Counted from the whole stretch's first letter, positions 39,974 through 54,311 are shown. The stretch: 63,747 nt of DNA, filler included, from Octopus bimaculoides (GCF_001194135.2; 6 parts of 6 records of this genome joined end to end with filler, not necessarily neighbours in it), one strand, 5' to 3'. The notes: generated by a model not told the origin, from the sequence alone. Program-made: numbers and translations.

Positions 39974-40385
39974 CACAGGCATAGCTGTGTGGTAAATGGC
40001 TTGCTTCCCAATCACATGGTTCTGGGTTGAATCCCATTGCGTGCTACTTTAGTCAAGTGTCTTCTACTAAAGTCTTGGGCCATCGTAAGCCTTGGGAGTG
40101 GATTTGGTAGATGGAAACTGAAAGAAACTACGTCTGTATATATGGATGTATATAAATATATATCTGCGTGTGTTTGCGTCTGTATTTCTCACCACCACCT
40201 CTTGAGAACAGGTGTTGGTGTGTTTATATCCTTGCAACTTAGTGGTTTTGTATAAGAGACGAATAGAATAAACACCTAGACTTAAGAAAATAAATACCAG
40301 GGTCGATTTCTTTGACCACACCCTTCAAGACAGTGCCCAAGCATGGTCACAGTCTAATGACTGAAACAAGTTAAAGCTGATAGAT
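39974..40385 (+). mobile_element. tRNA-derived SINE, family A
   Basis: Full head, microsatellite and tail. Further fragments lie near 34-80, 1594-1760, 2540-2745, 10975-11250, 14710-14900, 15240-15355, 25860-26220, 29230-29400, 59950-60150 and 61790-61890. Confidence 0.85.
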
Positions 40386-40473
40386 AAAAGATATATGTGT
40401 GTGTGTGTATATGTGTGTATGTGTGCATGTGTTTGTATGTATATATATATATACACACACACACACATATATC

Positions 40474-40540
<67 letters not shown>

Positions 40541-40669
40541 ACACCTGTCTTGGTGTAGTTTTCTAACAGTCTATATAATTTTTTTTGTGTCTTCTTTTCC
40601 TTGACTTCATTTTGATTTTTGTCTTTCTTGCTTGCTTTTGAAAACTAAGGTACCAAGGATAGAAATACC

Positions 40670-40880
40670 TGTGCAAAGCAATTTCCAATTTTCTTACTTG
40701 CCAAAACATAACATAACCTAGTACAGTATATTTAGTACATATCATCACCACTGTTTCCAGTTCCATGTGTGCAGCTTTGAGAGATGTTGGCACAGTGTTG
40801 CATGGCATCATATTTCCTATAGGCATTGTTCCTGTTCGTTTGCTTTCATTTAATTGTATCTTCACATTCCAATAACATTT
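40670..40880 (-). mobile_element. C-terminal remnant of an R4/Dong-like retrotransposon ORF
   Basis: WNVK...TMPIGNMMPCNTVPTSLKAAHMELE...KYTVLGYVMFWQV resembles the conserved V.PIVIGALGT.P...L...ALLGT..ILR terminus. Confidence 0.5.
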
Positions 40881-40919
40881 TTTTTTCATTTTGAATTATG
40901 TCTTCAATGGTTTTATGTG

Positions 40920-41620
40920 TTATCATCATCATCATCATTTAATGCCTGCTTTCCTTGTTGACATGGGTTGGATAGGAGCTGGCAAGCTGGGGAGCAATCC
41001 AGGTTCCAATTGTCTGTTTTGGCATGATTTCCTCAGATGGATTCCCTTCCAAGAAATGCTTACCATTTCGCAGAGCTTTTACATGGCACTGGCATGAGTA
41101 TTGGTATGTGGCACCAGCTTGGGTGCTTTTATGCAGCATTGGCACAAGTGCTTTTTACATGACACCAGCACCCAAGAGCCATCAAGGGAAGGACCTCTCA
41201 GCTGAGTGAGGGATACAAGGGACACACCTGTATTTATGTATGGCCACAGTTTTACATAGCTTGACATGTCTTAAGTACAGCAGTCTACCAGAAGTCTCAT
41301 TCCATTGCCTTCTCCTCTGTGAGGCCCAACATCTGAAGATCCTTTCTCACTACTCTATCTCTTGATTTCCTGGGTTCTCATCCTTACACAGGTTCTCATC
41401 CACGACTAAAGAATGGCACTTCTTTATGCAGCTCCCCTCATCCATCCACATCACATGACCAGCACAGTTTCCTCTTTTGCATATTACAACTGATGTCCCT
41501 TATGCCCAATTTTTCTCTGACATTGCTCATCCAGCAAAGCATTCTGTCTTCCTTTCTGTCCAGCCTTTGCATCTCCTCTGCAGTCATCACCCATATGACT
41601 ACACACACACACACATACAC
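40920..41620 (-). mobile_element. Old RTE 3' portion
   Basis: Translation EMQRLDRKEDRMLCWMSNVREKLGIRDI...KLCW, plus a (CAT)n tail. Confidence 0.75.
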
Positions 41621-41985
41621 ATGCATATGGAGGATTCCATTTCCTTCAGTATTGCAATAAGTCATTTGCGAGTTTCAATGAAGAATATTGCATTTGTTTG
41701 GTCAGCTGAACTGCTTAATCAATGAATTAATTTATAATGAACTGAATATTTAACATATTCTTCCTGGGGAAGAATCAATGCTGCGACAAGGCTGGCTCTT
41801 TGAACTGTGGGTGCAGCCAATTTGGTAGGCTTTCACGTAGCTTCTGTGTACAAAATTTCACTAAGATTGTTTCAAAGGTGCCACGTAGTAGGAGTGAACC
41901 CAAGATCTCATGATTGAGAAACAAACTTCTTAACCACTCAGCCATATCAAATTTATGAGTTTTCATGTGCATTGGTGTGTCTGTG

Positions 41986-42027
<42 letters not shown>

Positions 42028-42692
42028 NNNNNNNNNNNNNNNNNNNNNNNNNNNNNNNNNNNNNNNNNNNNNNNNNNNNNNNNNNNNNNNNNNNNNNNNN
42101 NNNNNNNNNNNNNNNNNNNNNNNNNNNNNNNNNNNNNNNNNNNNNNNNNNNNNNNNNNNNNNNNNNNNNNNNNNNNNNNNNNNNNNNNNNNNNNNNNNNN
42201 NNNNNNNNNNNNNNNNNNNNNNNNNNNNNNNNNNNNNNNNNNNNNNNNNNNNNNNNNNNNNNNNNNNNNNNNNNNNNNNNNNNNNNNNNNNNNNNNNNNN
42301 NNNNNNNNNNNNNNNNNNNNNNNNNNNNNNNNNNNNNNNNNNNNNNNNNNNNNNNNNNNNNNNNNNNNNNNNNNNNNNNNNNNNNNNNNNNNNNNNNNNN
42401 NNNNNNNNNNNNNNNNNNNNNNNNNNNNNNNNNNNNNNNNNNNNNNNNNNNNNNNNNNNNNNNNNNNNNNNNNNNNNNNNNNNNNNNNNNNNNNNNNNNN
42501 NNNNNNNNNNNNNNNNNNNNNNNNNNNNNNNNNNNNNNNNNNNNNNNNNNNNNNNNNNNNNNNNNNNNNNNNNNNNNNNNNNNNNNNNNNNNNNNNNNNN
42601 NNNNNNNNNNNNNNNNNNNNNNNNNNNNNNNNNNNNNNNNNNNNNTATATATATATATATATATGAATAAATAAATATATATATATATATAT

Positions 42693-42764
<72 letters not shown>

Positions 42765-43338
42765 ATATATGTATATATACATAAAATTTACATAATATAT
42801 TGGTATATATCTAATGTAACAGAAGCACATCAACACACACCAATACAATCACACCTGTATACCCTCATACTTCCACATACACACACACAGACCATACACG
42901 CACACACACACACACACACAAATTATACATCAGTAAAAGAAAGTATATGAAGAAAATTGCTGTGAGTACGAGTGCGTTATGCGATGTGCAAAAATCAATA
43001 ATCCAACTTTAATGTATGTGTTGTCACTATCACGACGCAGCGTTCTTTCCTTTTTTTTTTTGTTTTTTTCACTTTGGATTTTTACACTTTTATTTTTTCG
43101 TTTTTTTTTTTCCTTCTCTTTCAGTTGTTTTGTTTTTTTGTTTCGTTGTTTTTTTTGGGGGAGTTCTAGTTTTTTTCAAAAATTGTTGATGCCAGAATAT
43201 TCTTACTCTGAAATACCCTGAAGAAATGCAGAAGTAAAAGTTTGAATTAATTATAAGATTCTCTGTTAATATTCATGCTTAATGCTAGAATTTCTCTTTT
43301 AGGTGTTACATTTGTACTCAGAGAGTAAAATATATGTG

Positions 43339-43402
<64 letters not shown>

Positions 43403-43696
43403 ATATAGATTACTATTGTTGTTGTTATTAACATTCATGTATCAACCATCACTATCATCAGCATCATTCACATCACTATCACAATCATCATCAACATCAT
43501 CATAACTCTCATGATCGTCGTTACCACCAAAACCATCATCGTCATCATCATTATCATCATCATCATTTAACGTTTACTTTCCATGCTAGCATGTGTTGGA
43601 CAATTTGACTGAGGACTGGTGGAACCTGAAGGCTACACCAGGCTCCAATCTGGTTTGGCAGAGTTTCTACAGCTGCATGCCCTTCCTAACGCCATG

Positions 43697-43752
<56 letters not shown>

Positions 43753-44019
43753 CATTACTATTATTGAGTGAGTGAGAGAGCAGTGCATAACATCAAAGCG
43801 ACACTGGGCTACAAATATACGAAGCCCAATATACCCATCATGGCTACCCGTCTGACAAGGGTACACCAGGCACATGCATCACAACAATATGTGTATCACA
43901 TGGAAATCTCATATCAAGATTAACAGCTCATGTGTGTGTGTGTGTGTGTGTGTATCTGTATTACAGGTCTGTGAATCTGAATTTATCAGATTCCTCTTGT
44001 AAAGTATAGAAGTAGCAAC

Positions 44020-44041
44020 AACAAGAATAGTAGTAGTAGTG

Positions 44042-44092
<51 letters not shown>

Positions 44093-44235
44093 ATAGTAGT
44101 AGTAGTAGCAGCAGCAGTAGTAGTAGTAGCAGTAGTAGCAGCAGTAGTAGTAGTAGCAGTAGTAGTAGCAGCAGTAGTAGTAGTAGCAGCAGCAGCAGCA
44201 ACAACAACTGCAGCAGTAGTAGCAGCAGCAGCAAT
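44020..44235. repeat. Compound (GTA)n/(GCA)n trinucleotide microsatellite
   Basis: Directly visible; it is the source of the poly-V, poly-L and poly-T ORFs. Confidence 0.98.
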
Positions 44236-44343
44236 CACAAAACTAATTCTAGGGAACAGAATGAGATTCTTTGAGACAGAAATAGAAAGAGAGAGGAAAA
44301 GATGGAAGGAAAGAAGGAAAGAAAGGTGAAAAGAAAGAAAGAG

Positions 44344-44390
<47 letters not shown>

Positions 44391-45789
44391 AAGAATGAAA
44401 CAAATAAAGAGAAGAAAGAAGAGAAAGAATATAACTTTGGAATTGGTGGAGTGAGATAATAGATAATTAGTGGAATTATCTTTGCAATTATCCTAAAAGC
44501 AGAGTGTAAGCCTTTTAATTGAAATCCTTTTGATGTTGAATTCTACGTTGTTAACCTCAAACTAGCTTTTGTAGAAGAAAAGTGTTGACCAGTTTAGAAA
44601 TTTGGTTTCTGTGGCTGATGCTAAATATAACCACTGTGATATGAGGAGCCAAGGACCGAGGATTCACTGTTGTCAAAGCTCTTTAACACCTTCACAACCT
44701 AATTGCTTTAATTAAACGATACATGAGACAATAAAGACTGAGACACACTTTACTGGTGGGAAAAAGGGTCAAAGCTGAAATGCTCTCTTCATCATCTGTT
44801 AGCTATGTCGAGGAGTAGGGGCTGTCTTATGGTGTCTTGGGGTTGAAAAGGTATCCTTTCTACAAAGTACTCCAAATGAGTTGGAATGGCATATATATAT
44901 ATATATATATATATGTACAAACATACATGCACACATGCATACACACATATGCGCACACAAGTTGAATTAGGTACTTAAGTTGAAGCTCCAAGTTAGTGCA
45001 GTATTATCCGTACAACTCAAAGTAGTTGTACAGATAATATCTCCCTCTTCTTGCTCTATTAGAGAATTTGAGCAAAATTATATTAACGTGTCCAACTGAT
45101 TGAAAAATTTTATTTATTTATTTATGCAGCTGAGGATAGCCCTGCATTTAAATTGATGTAATGATTGCATTGTTCATTTAAATGGAGCTGCTTGAAATGG
45201 TCGCACTGCATCACCTCTTGATATACTGTTGCTTGTTTTGATATATATTTATATATATATTTTAGAGAGAGAAAGAGAGAGAGAGAGAGAGTTATGTATA
45301 AACATACGTAGATAGATAGATAGATAGATAGATAGACATATAGATAGATAGATAGATAGATAGGTAAGTAAAAAAGGTAGATAGATTGATTGATTAGCTT
45401 TATAATATAAATTTGGTCCCATAACAGGAAATGCATGTTAAGGAATGGGTTTATATTGAAGTAGCTTCCAAATGGGGAGAAATTAATCCTCAAAAGAGGT
45501 GGAATGGGAAGCTCCATCTGATGATTATTAATTAATGTTGCTGCACTTGGAAAGTTCTTCAACATGAAACTACTTCTATAAATAATATAGCCACTCAATT
45601 ATCTAATAAATGTGAATGTTTTATTCTGGCTGACAGAAACTTGTTATTGGACAATTGCTTGTATATACACACAAAAGTGTGTAGATATGTATGGTTGTAT
45701 ACACATATGTACTATATATATATACATGTAAGTATGTTGCTCTTACAGTTAGTCACAGATAGTCTCTTGTATTTGGAATTCATGTAACA

Positions 45790-46290
45790 AAATTTTGCCC
45801 ATGTCAACGATGGCTTGCACATGTTGGATATTCTTCAACATTTCACTCCTTCTGTGCACTAAACATATTTCAATAAATTTTCAATGTTCAACAGAAACTA
45901 AACATACAACTTCCCACCCATTGCTGGCCAGAGATGCACCAGTTAATATTTTCCAATCAACTAAGATGTTTTCAAACCCATTCTCCATTAGGTTCCACAC
46001 ATACAATGATTCTGAGGTTCATTCTAACTCTGAATCTAAAAGTGTGTGTATACTGGAATGTTGTCCATTTTCCCAGGATATCTCTGTTTGGCGTTATGGT
46101 TGCTCAGTGCACTGCTCACTTCAAAAATCATGATCCTTTTCATAGACAGTTCTGAGAGGTTATGCAGAAGCATAGTGGTTATGATAGAGGCTGAAACAGT
46201 TGAGGCTGCCTGAATATATGCTTTTCATTGCGCTGTTTTGTCTGTAAGGTGATATTTTCCAAGGTGTAATCAGTTGAAATAAGTATAATA
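45790..46290 (-). mobile_element. Possible ancient mariner N-terminal remnant
   Basis: Only weak motif-like fragments (QRYPGK, QQWVG, HGQNFVT) with many stops. Confidence 0.25.
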
Positions 46291-46411
46291 TATCACTAAG
46301 AAATGCTTATCGAAAAATGAAACGAAAGTTCTAGATAAGTTGAATGTGTTTTACATTCATACTAAATGGAGTGCTAAACCATGTAGATGCTTATATATAA
46401 GCATATACATA

Positions 46412-46470
<59 letters not shown>

Positions 46471-47039
46471 TGGAATATCCACATGGAATATAGCAAAGTA
46501 CTGGCAAAAGGAACAGAAGGTAATATAATGGTCATGGCAGAACATAAATGCTTAAAGAAATTTCTTTTTATCTATTTAAAGAAAGAAGTATCTTTGAGAA
46601 AAGTTTAAAAATGATAGTAGGAAAACACACGTTCAGATAAGAGAAAAGACAGAAAATCCGGAAGCATGGAAACACTGAGATTATTGGTACAATTCCAGGC
46701 AAGTCCAGGTCATGTGTTTTTTTTTATTGAATATAGAAAAATGGGGGAAGTCTGCATCATCGCTGCTATCTGTTGCAGTCAACATGTTTTAGATATGAGT
46801 AAAAGACTACAAAGAATATGAGGTAACGAAGCGATTAAATAAATAAATAAATAGAGGGGAAAACTGCATAATAGACATGTCATCATGTGAGCATCGAGCG
46901 AGATATGAGTGTGAGGGAAGTGAAGATGTTTGTAAATATGCACACAAAATGGCACAATATATATGGATATATATATGTGTGTGTGTGTGTAGGTATACAT
47001 ACTTATCTGTACACACACATATAGATGCATGTGTGTATG

Positions 47040-47115
<76 letters not shown>

Positions 47116-48885
47116 AATATAATATGGCATGGAATTGTCATGAGGCATAAAGTTGATATGAAAACATTTTTCACATATTGGGTGAAATTGCTTTGAGGTT
47201 CAATGTGTATTTTTGGGCTTATTGAATGTTTTTATCTCTTAGGAGCTAAGGTTGTGTGTGTGTGTGTGTGTGTGACTGTCTGAGTGTGCCTGTATAAATA
47301 GGTTTAATTGTCTCCACTAGTCATGCAATGTTTACTTGTTTGATGACGATTATACATGTGTTTGTGTGTGTGTGTGTTTGTGTATGTGTGTGTGTGTGTG
47401 TGTATTTGCACATGAGTATAAAGCAAGCAGGTTCAGACAAGATTTTTCATTTTATATGTATGTATGCATGTATCCGTGTATGCATGTATGCACACATGCA
47501 TGTATGTACGTTTAATGTCTATATTTGTGTTTCTGTTTATACAAGAATAAATAAATGGTGATAAAAATTCTTTGCCATTCTCTATAATTCCAACAAGGAA
47601 ATAAAACAGAAAACAATAAAAATAATAGCAAATGAGACAAAAATGTTATTTATTTATCCATATTCTCTATATTACTTTTCCTGTATATTTATATATTCAT
47701 ATATGTATGTGTATGAGCACATATATATATATACATACATATATCTTTATCTTCATGTATGCATTTATAAGTATGTATGCCTATATATATATATATATAT
47801 ATANNNNNNNNNNNNNNNNNNNNNNNNNNNNNNNNNNNNNNNNNNNNNNNNNNNNNNNNNNNNNNNNNNNNNNNNNNNNNNNNNNNNNNNNNNNNNNNNN
47901 NNNNNNNNNNNNNNNNNNNNNNNNNNNNNNNNNNNNNNNNNNNNNNNNNNNNNNNNNNNNNNNNNNNNNNNNNNNNNNNNNNNNNNNNNNNNNNNNNNNN
48001 NNNNNNNNNNNNNNNNNNNNNNNNNNNNNNNNNNNNNNNNNNNNNNNNNNNNNNNNNNNNNNNNNNNNNNNNNNNNNNNNNNNNNNNNNNNNNNNNNNNN
48101 NNNNNNNNNNNNNNNNNNNNNNNNNNNNNNNNNNNNNNNNNNNNNNNNNNNNNNNNNNNNNNNNNNNNNNNNNNNNNNNNNNNNNNNNNNNNNNNNNNNN
48201 NNNNNNNNNNNNNNNNNNNNNNNNNNNNNNNNNNNNNNNNNNNNNNNNNNNNNNNNNNNNNNNNNNNNNNNNNNNNNNNATATATATATATATATATATA
48301 TATAGATGAATAACTATTGGGTATTAATAAATATTGTTGGATCTTTATCTTTTGATCAATCAATCCATCTCTTTACTTATCTGTTTATAGATGCACAACA
48401 ACAACATCAACAACAACAAATATTCCTCAGTACAGCAAGGTATGACTGCACGAATGTTTTATAAATGCACAAATCTCCACGCACGTATGTACACATTGGG
48501 CCGCCATAAGGAGGCAGGAAGTGTCCTGGCTGTATATACGTTTACATATACATTCTCCATCGATGCTGAAGAACTATTGTTTTTTTGTTTTTATGTTTCC
48601 TCTGTATATGTATATACACACATACACACATGTATATACATACATATATATATATATGTATGTATATATATATATTTACACACACAACATATAAATATTA
48701 TACTAGATATGCAAGTATTTGTTTTGTGTGTGTCTGAATGTATGCACAATATTTTTATGTATGCTTCTACATACACGTACATATATCCACATATACATCT
48801 ATATATAAGTGTGTATGTATTATAGCTTTGTACAAGCACATATATTCTCACTTTCCCTTCCTTTTCAGTCTAACACAAATTTATT

Positions 48886-48933
<48 letters not shown>

Positions 48934-50289
48934 NNNNNNNNNNNNNNNNNNNNNNNNNNNNNNNNNNNNNNNNNNNNNNNNNNNNNNNNNNNNNNNNNNN
49001 NNNNNNNNNNNNNNNNNNNNNNNNNNNNNNNNNNNNNNNNNNNNNNNNNNNNNNNNNNNNNNNNNNNNNNNNNNNNNNNNNNNNNNNNNNNNNNNNNNNN
49101 NNNNNNNNNNNNNNNNNNNNNNNNNNNNNNNNNNNNNNNNNNNNNNNNNNNNNNNNNNNNNNNNNNNNNNNNNNNNNNNNNNNNNNNNNNNNNNNNNNNN
49201 NNNNNNNNNNNNNNNNNNNNNNNNNNNNNNNNNNNNNNNNNNNNNNNNNNNNNNNNNNNNNNNNNNNNNNNNNNNNNNNTATAAATATATATATATATAT
49301 GTCTATATATGGAGGAGGGAGTGGTTGGAGAGGGAGACAGTGAGAGGGAGCTAGAGACAGACAGAATGATTAAATGCTTGAAGCGTATATATATATATAG
49401 ACACATTTGCGTACACACGCATGCACACACGCACACACATGCATTCCCACATATATGTACATGTGTGTATGCAAAAAGCACTCATACAGTGACATATGTG
49501 TGCTTTTGTGATTGTACATGTGTGTGTGTGTGTTTGTATGTCTGTGTATGTTGTACATTGTGCGTGTGTGTGTGTGTGTGTGTGTGCAAATGTTAATGTG
49601 TTTTCCCCAAATGTGTTCCATTAAACTCTCTCCACTATCTCAACATCAGTTCCTGTCAAACATTTCTTATACTCTGCAAATAGAAAATAACTACACCACT
49701 CTGATATTGGGCAACTTCCTTCTTTATGGTTGATGCTGTTGTTTCCATCACCACTGCCACCACCATCATCATCATCATCATCATCGTTATTAATATTTCA
49801 ATCATTTCCATCTTCTAGGTGTCGTTTTTAGTTTGTACATTTCCCAACATAGAAGTTTTTAACTTTTTATTTCAAACCGCACCTTTACAGCCATGAGAGA
49901 GAGAGAGAGAGGAGAAGAGAGAAAAGGAAAGAGAGAGAGAGAGGAAAGGAGACATGGAGAGAGAGAGATAAAGCGTGTGTGTGTGTCTGTATATTTGTAT
50001 CCTTGTTTTTAACTATGTGTATGTGTGCATCTATGTATTTCTGTCCGCGCGCGTGTTTGTGTGTGTGTGCATGCGTACATGTGTGCGTGCGTGTATACAT
50101 GTGTGCATGCATGCTTTTTTTTGGTGTGACCATGCATATACACATCTGCTACTGTGTGTATATATGTGTATAGTATATTTTACATGAAGCTCTGTATGTG
50201 CATGTTTGTGTGTGTGTGCATACATGTGTTGTCTTAGTCATGTGTAAAAGTGATAGATATGTATTGTGTGGTATATGTGCATCTAGCCA

Positions 50290-50810
50290 TGTCTGTGTGT
50301 GTACAGGATCCAGTCGACCATGTTTGGATGGTGCTTTTTACATGCCACTGGCACAGGGAGCCAGTCAGGTGGTACTGGCAATGACCCATGTATGAATGGT
50401 GCTTTTTACATGCCACCAGCATGGGAGCCAGTCAGGCGGCACTGGCATCAGTCACAACTACAATTTCCATTTGATTTTGGTGTACTTGACTGAATAGGTC
50501 TCCTCAAGCACAGCATGTCGCCTGATGATCCAAAGGTACTTTTTTAAGTGGGCTGGTTATGCGACACTGGTGTAGGCTACGGTTGTGATCTCACTTTAGT
50601 TGCTGGATCACAGTATATCTCCAGAAGTCTCAGTCTTTTGTCATTGCTTCTGTGGGGTCCAACGTTTGAAAGTCATGCTTCGCCCCTTCATCCCATGTCT
50701 TCCTGGGTCTCCCTCTGCCATGGGTTGGTTCCTTCCACTGTTTCAGAGTGACACTTCTTCACACAGCCCACCTCATCCATCCGTAGCACTTGACCATACC
50801 AGCACAGTCG

Positions 50811-50815
<5 letters not shown>
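50290..50815 (-). mobile_element. Old RTE 3' portion
   Basis: CCCATGTCTTCCTGGGTCTCCC segment and degenerate tail repeats shared with the other copies. Confidence 0.75.
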
Positions 50816-50891
<76 letters not shown>

Positions 50892-52339
50892 CATATATCT
50901 ACCTATGTACATACTTCGATATATATGTGTGTACACAGACACACAAATATAAACACATGCATATTTGTAATAGCACACTCATACACATGTACATCATGCA
51001 TATTGAACTGGACTCCAGCAGAGAATGGGACAGGATTTCATTTATGATTACCTGCCCACGCCCACCACATCACTGCAGCCACCACCACCACCATATTTTC
51101 CCTCAGTTTCAAACTTCAAATTGATAAAACCAAGATCCAAATTTGGGTTGAGTGAAGGATATTGAATAAATTCTAGTTTTTATTTTTTCTTAAATCAAAT
51201 TGCATTTCTGTCTGTAAAAAAATTTGTTATGTGAAATATTTACCTTTAAATTTGATAAGTAATTCCAATTTTCATTTTATATACATATTTTTTTTTGAAG
51301 ATTCACATTTTTTTTTCCTATTTCAAATAAAATTTTACCCTGACTTTATTTAATAAGGAAAGAAAAAGTGTTCCTAATTTCAAGATTTTTAAAATTCANN
51401 NNNNNNNNNNNNNNNNNNNNNNNNNNNNNNNNNNNNNNNNNNTTAATTAATTAANNNNNNNNNNNNNNNNNNNNNNNNNNNNNNNNNNNNNNNNNNNNGT
51501 CTAGAAGGGAAGAGTGGGAATTCAAAAATTTTCAAAACCTTTTTCCATAAAAGCATTATCCCCCTACCCACTTCATTCGCAAGGTTGTGGAGAAAAAAGT
51601 CTGAAAACTCCCCCATCAAAATGGTAAAAAATCCAACTTATGTCCCCCAAGGCATTCTATTGTGAAAATTACTTGGCAATGACAGGATATTCAGCTACTA
51701 TATAAATAAATGAGATCAATGAAGGAAGAGAGACAACCTGAAATCCCCACATGTCTATACACATAGGTACACCATGATCTATACACATGCAGATGAGGGT
51801 CAATTCATATGAAAAAGAAAGTGAACAAAATAATATGACCACTTGCTTATTGGGAAATTAGTAAGTTCAATTTTAAAGCTCTTGCATGTGTAGAATAATT
51901 TTCGTATAAATAACGTTGACATATAATGGGCGAAAATGTAGGTTTTATGCCATTTAGGAACATTAATAAAAATCAGATATTCAGATATTCAGCCACTGAA
52001 AATTTATAATTTGAACTTCACTGAATGTGTAAATTAACAAAGTGTATTTAACAATTACGTGACAGTACTTTTGGGATCTGACTAAAACAGTCTTAACTCA
52101 GCAAATACTTTAACGCAAAAAAAAACAAATTCCCACTTTTCTTATGTCATGAACCATAATTAATGTGAATGGAATTCCTGACACGCGATCAATGCTCAAG
52201 TGACAACTTAATTGTTTTAATCGATGGGACTTTTAGAATATATTACAAAATTATTTACCTGTTATTTCATGCGCTTACATTTACAAAATATACGAAAAAA
52301 GATTTTGATTAAAAAAACATATATAAAATCAAATTGCCC

Positions 52340-52422
52340 ATAAAAAGTATTTGCTGTCCATGGACCCCCTGTCTTGTCCTTGTGGACCCCGTGGTCCGCG
52401 GACCACAGTTTGAAAACCCCTG
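52340..52422 (-). mobile_element. Single hAT (Charlie-type) transposon terminus
   Basis: Reverse complement reads CAGGGGTTTTCAAACTGTGGTCCGCGGACCAC; adjacent 8-mer ACTTAGAC. The second end was not found. Confidence 0.6.
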
Positions 52423-52581
52423 ACTTAGACAACAAAGCACAGACATTATGAAATATGTAGCTATAATGCTATAGTAATAAACAAAGAAAAAATGTTTTCA
52501 ACATAGAATAAATGGATAAACAGTGTTAAATAGTTCAGTTATTCATTCCAAAGTGTGAAAGACAAAAAAATTGCTACTTAC

Positions 52582-52750
52582 AGTTGAAATTGTAGTGGTA
52601 TTGTTGACCTTTTGGTAATGTCGTACTCTCTGGGTGGAACTATCAACAGATATAACAAAGTCATCATCAGGACTGCGGGCTGGGTGTCCTGGCTTTGCAG
52701 TTTTCATTATTAATGTCATCACAGCAAGTTTATTGGCTTCACGAGTTTTT
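52582..52750 (-). CDS. EIF2B5: Internal exon of translation initiation factor eIF2B subunit epsilon (169 nt, phase 2-0): KTREANKLAVMTLIMKTAKPGHPARSPDDDFVISVDSSTQRVRHYQKVNNTTTIST
   Basis: Acceptor tttactgtttcag|A and donor ACT|GTAAGT; only one frame is open. It aligns without gaps to the human eIF2B-epsilon segment [38 protein letters not shown] as recalled (about 20 of 38 identical). Confidence 0.85.
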
Positions 52751-53089
52751 CTGAAACAGTAAAATTAATTTTTCTGTTTTAGATGAATTGAAGAAAAAAA
52801 ATCTTACCAGCAAATTAATCTTTACCATAATCACTGAAATAGTAACGATGAAAGATTTCAAAAATAAATTTCAAAGATTATACATTAGAAAGTATAGAAA
52901 AACAGAATTACGTAGACAATAAATAACTCAGCGATATCATCTGATGAAAAATAGCATTAATAATATTAAATGCAGGGATAATCAGAAAGCTAACTAGAAA
53001 TGTTTATGCAGTGAGCTAAAAACAATATTAGTCAATGTCTAAGAAACCAAATCTTACTCCTAGAGACACTGTATTACATCAGTTTGTAA

Positions 53090-54190
53090 TATATGCAACA
53101 TCAGCCACGCTTGAATGGTGCTTTTTATGTGCCACTGGTACGGGTGCCAGTCAGGCAGTACTGGCATTGGCCATGACTATGATTTCATTCAATTCAGCAG
53201 GTCTTCACAAGCACAGCCTATTGCGTGACGATTGATGGGTGCCTTTAAATGGGCCAATTATGTGACACTGGCATTGGCCACAACTACGATCTCACTTGGC
53301 TTGCCAGGTCTTCTCAAGCACAGCATATCTCCAAAGGTCTCAGCTGCTAGTCATTGACTCTGTGAGGCCAGACATTCAAAGATTGTGCTTCACCACCTCA
53401 TCCCATGTCTTCCTGGGTCTACCTCTACCACAGGTTCATCCACTGCTAGGGTGTGATACTTCTTTATACAGCTATCCTCATCCATACACAGCACACGACC
53501 ATACAAGCGCAGTTGTTTCTCTTGCACACCACATCTGATGTTTCTTATGTTCAACTTTTCTCTCAGGGTGCTTACACTCTGTCGTGTATGAACACTGACA
53601 CTAAGCATCCAGCAGAGCATACTAGCTTCATTTCTTTCAAGCCAACGCATGTCCTCAGCCCATGTTTCACTGCTATGTAGCATGGCTGTTCACAGACAGA
53701 CATCATACAGTCTACCTTTCACTCTGAGTGAGAGGCCCTTTGTTACCAGCAGAGGTAGGAGCTCTCTGAACTTTGCCCAGGCAATTCTTATTCTAGCAGC
53801 TATGCTCTCAGAGTATCCACCCCAGCTACTGGTTTGGTTACCTAGGTAACAGAAGCTATCAACTACTTCTAGTTTTTCCCCCCTGGCATGTGATGGAATC
53901 TGTTTTCTGTACATCTTCGGTGTTTATTGCACCTGTGCATCTGCAACACACAAAAACTATCTTCCCAGTTAACCTTCTTTTGATATTACTGCACCTCTTA
54001 TGTGTCCATAGCTTACACCGGGTACATCTTATGGAGTTTTTACCTACGCCTTTTCTACAAATCAAGCAGGGCCATCTACCTGAAGGGATTTGTGATTTGT
54101 CTGCCTTCCTACTAACTAAGACTTTGGTTTTTGCTAGGTTAACTTTAAGGCCCTTCAATTCTAGATCTTGCTTTCACACCTCAAACTTCA
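53090..54190 (-). mobile_element. 5'-truncated RTE-clade LINE: RT C-terminal half with PHD-type zinc finger, plus 3' UTR
   Basis: Frameshifted translation KGLKVNLAKTKVL...WPCLICRKGVGKNSIRCTRCKLWTHKRC...LEVVDSFCYLG...RIRIAWAKFRELLPLL...MLHSSETW...LRLYGRV, typical of the RTE RT/thumb region. Confidence 0.9.
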
Positions 54191-54311
54191 TATATACATA
54201 CATATATATATATAAATTAAAATAAGGGTGATAAATTGGATATTAATTTAATTAACACCAATTTAAAACCAGTGGCCTAGCATAAAGAAAATTCTCAAAA
54301 TTCAGAAAAAT

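Noticed and set aside
43909-44403. Poly-T, poly-L and poly-V ORFs resembling a mucin or membrane protein
   Set aside because: These are translations of a (GTA)n/(GCA)n microsatellite.
45002-45039. 16-bp inverted repeat with one mismatch
   Set aside because: Short and AT-rich with no associated element ends; insufficient support for a function.
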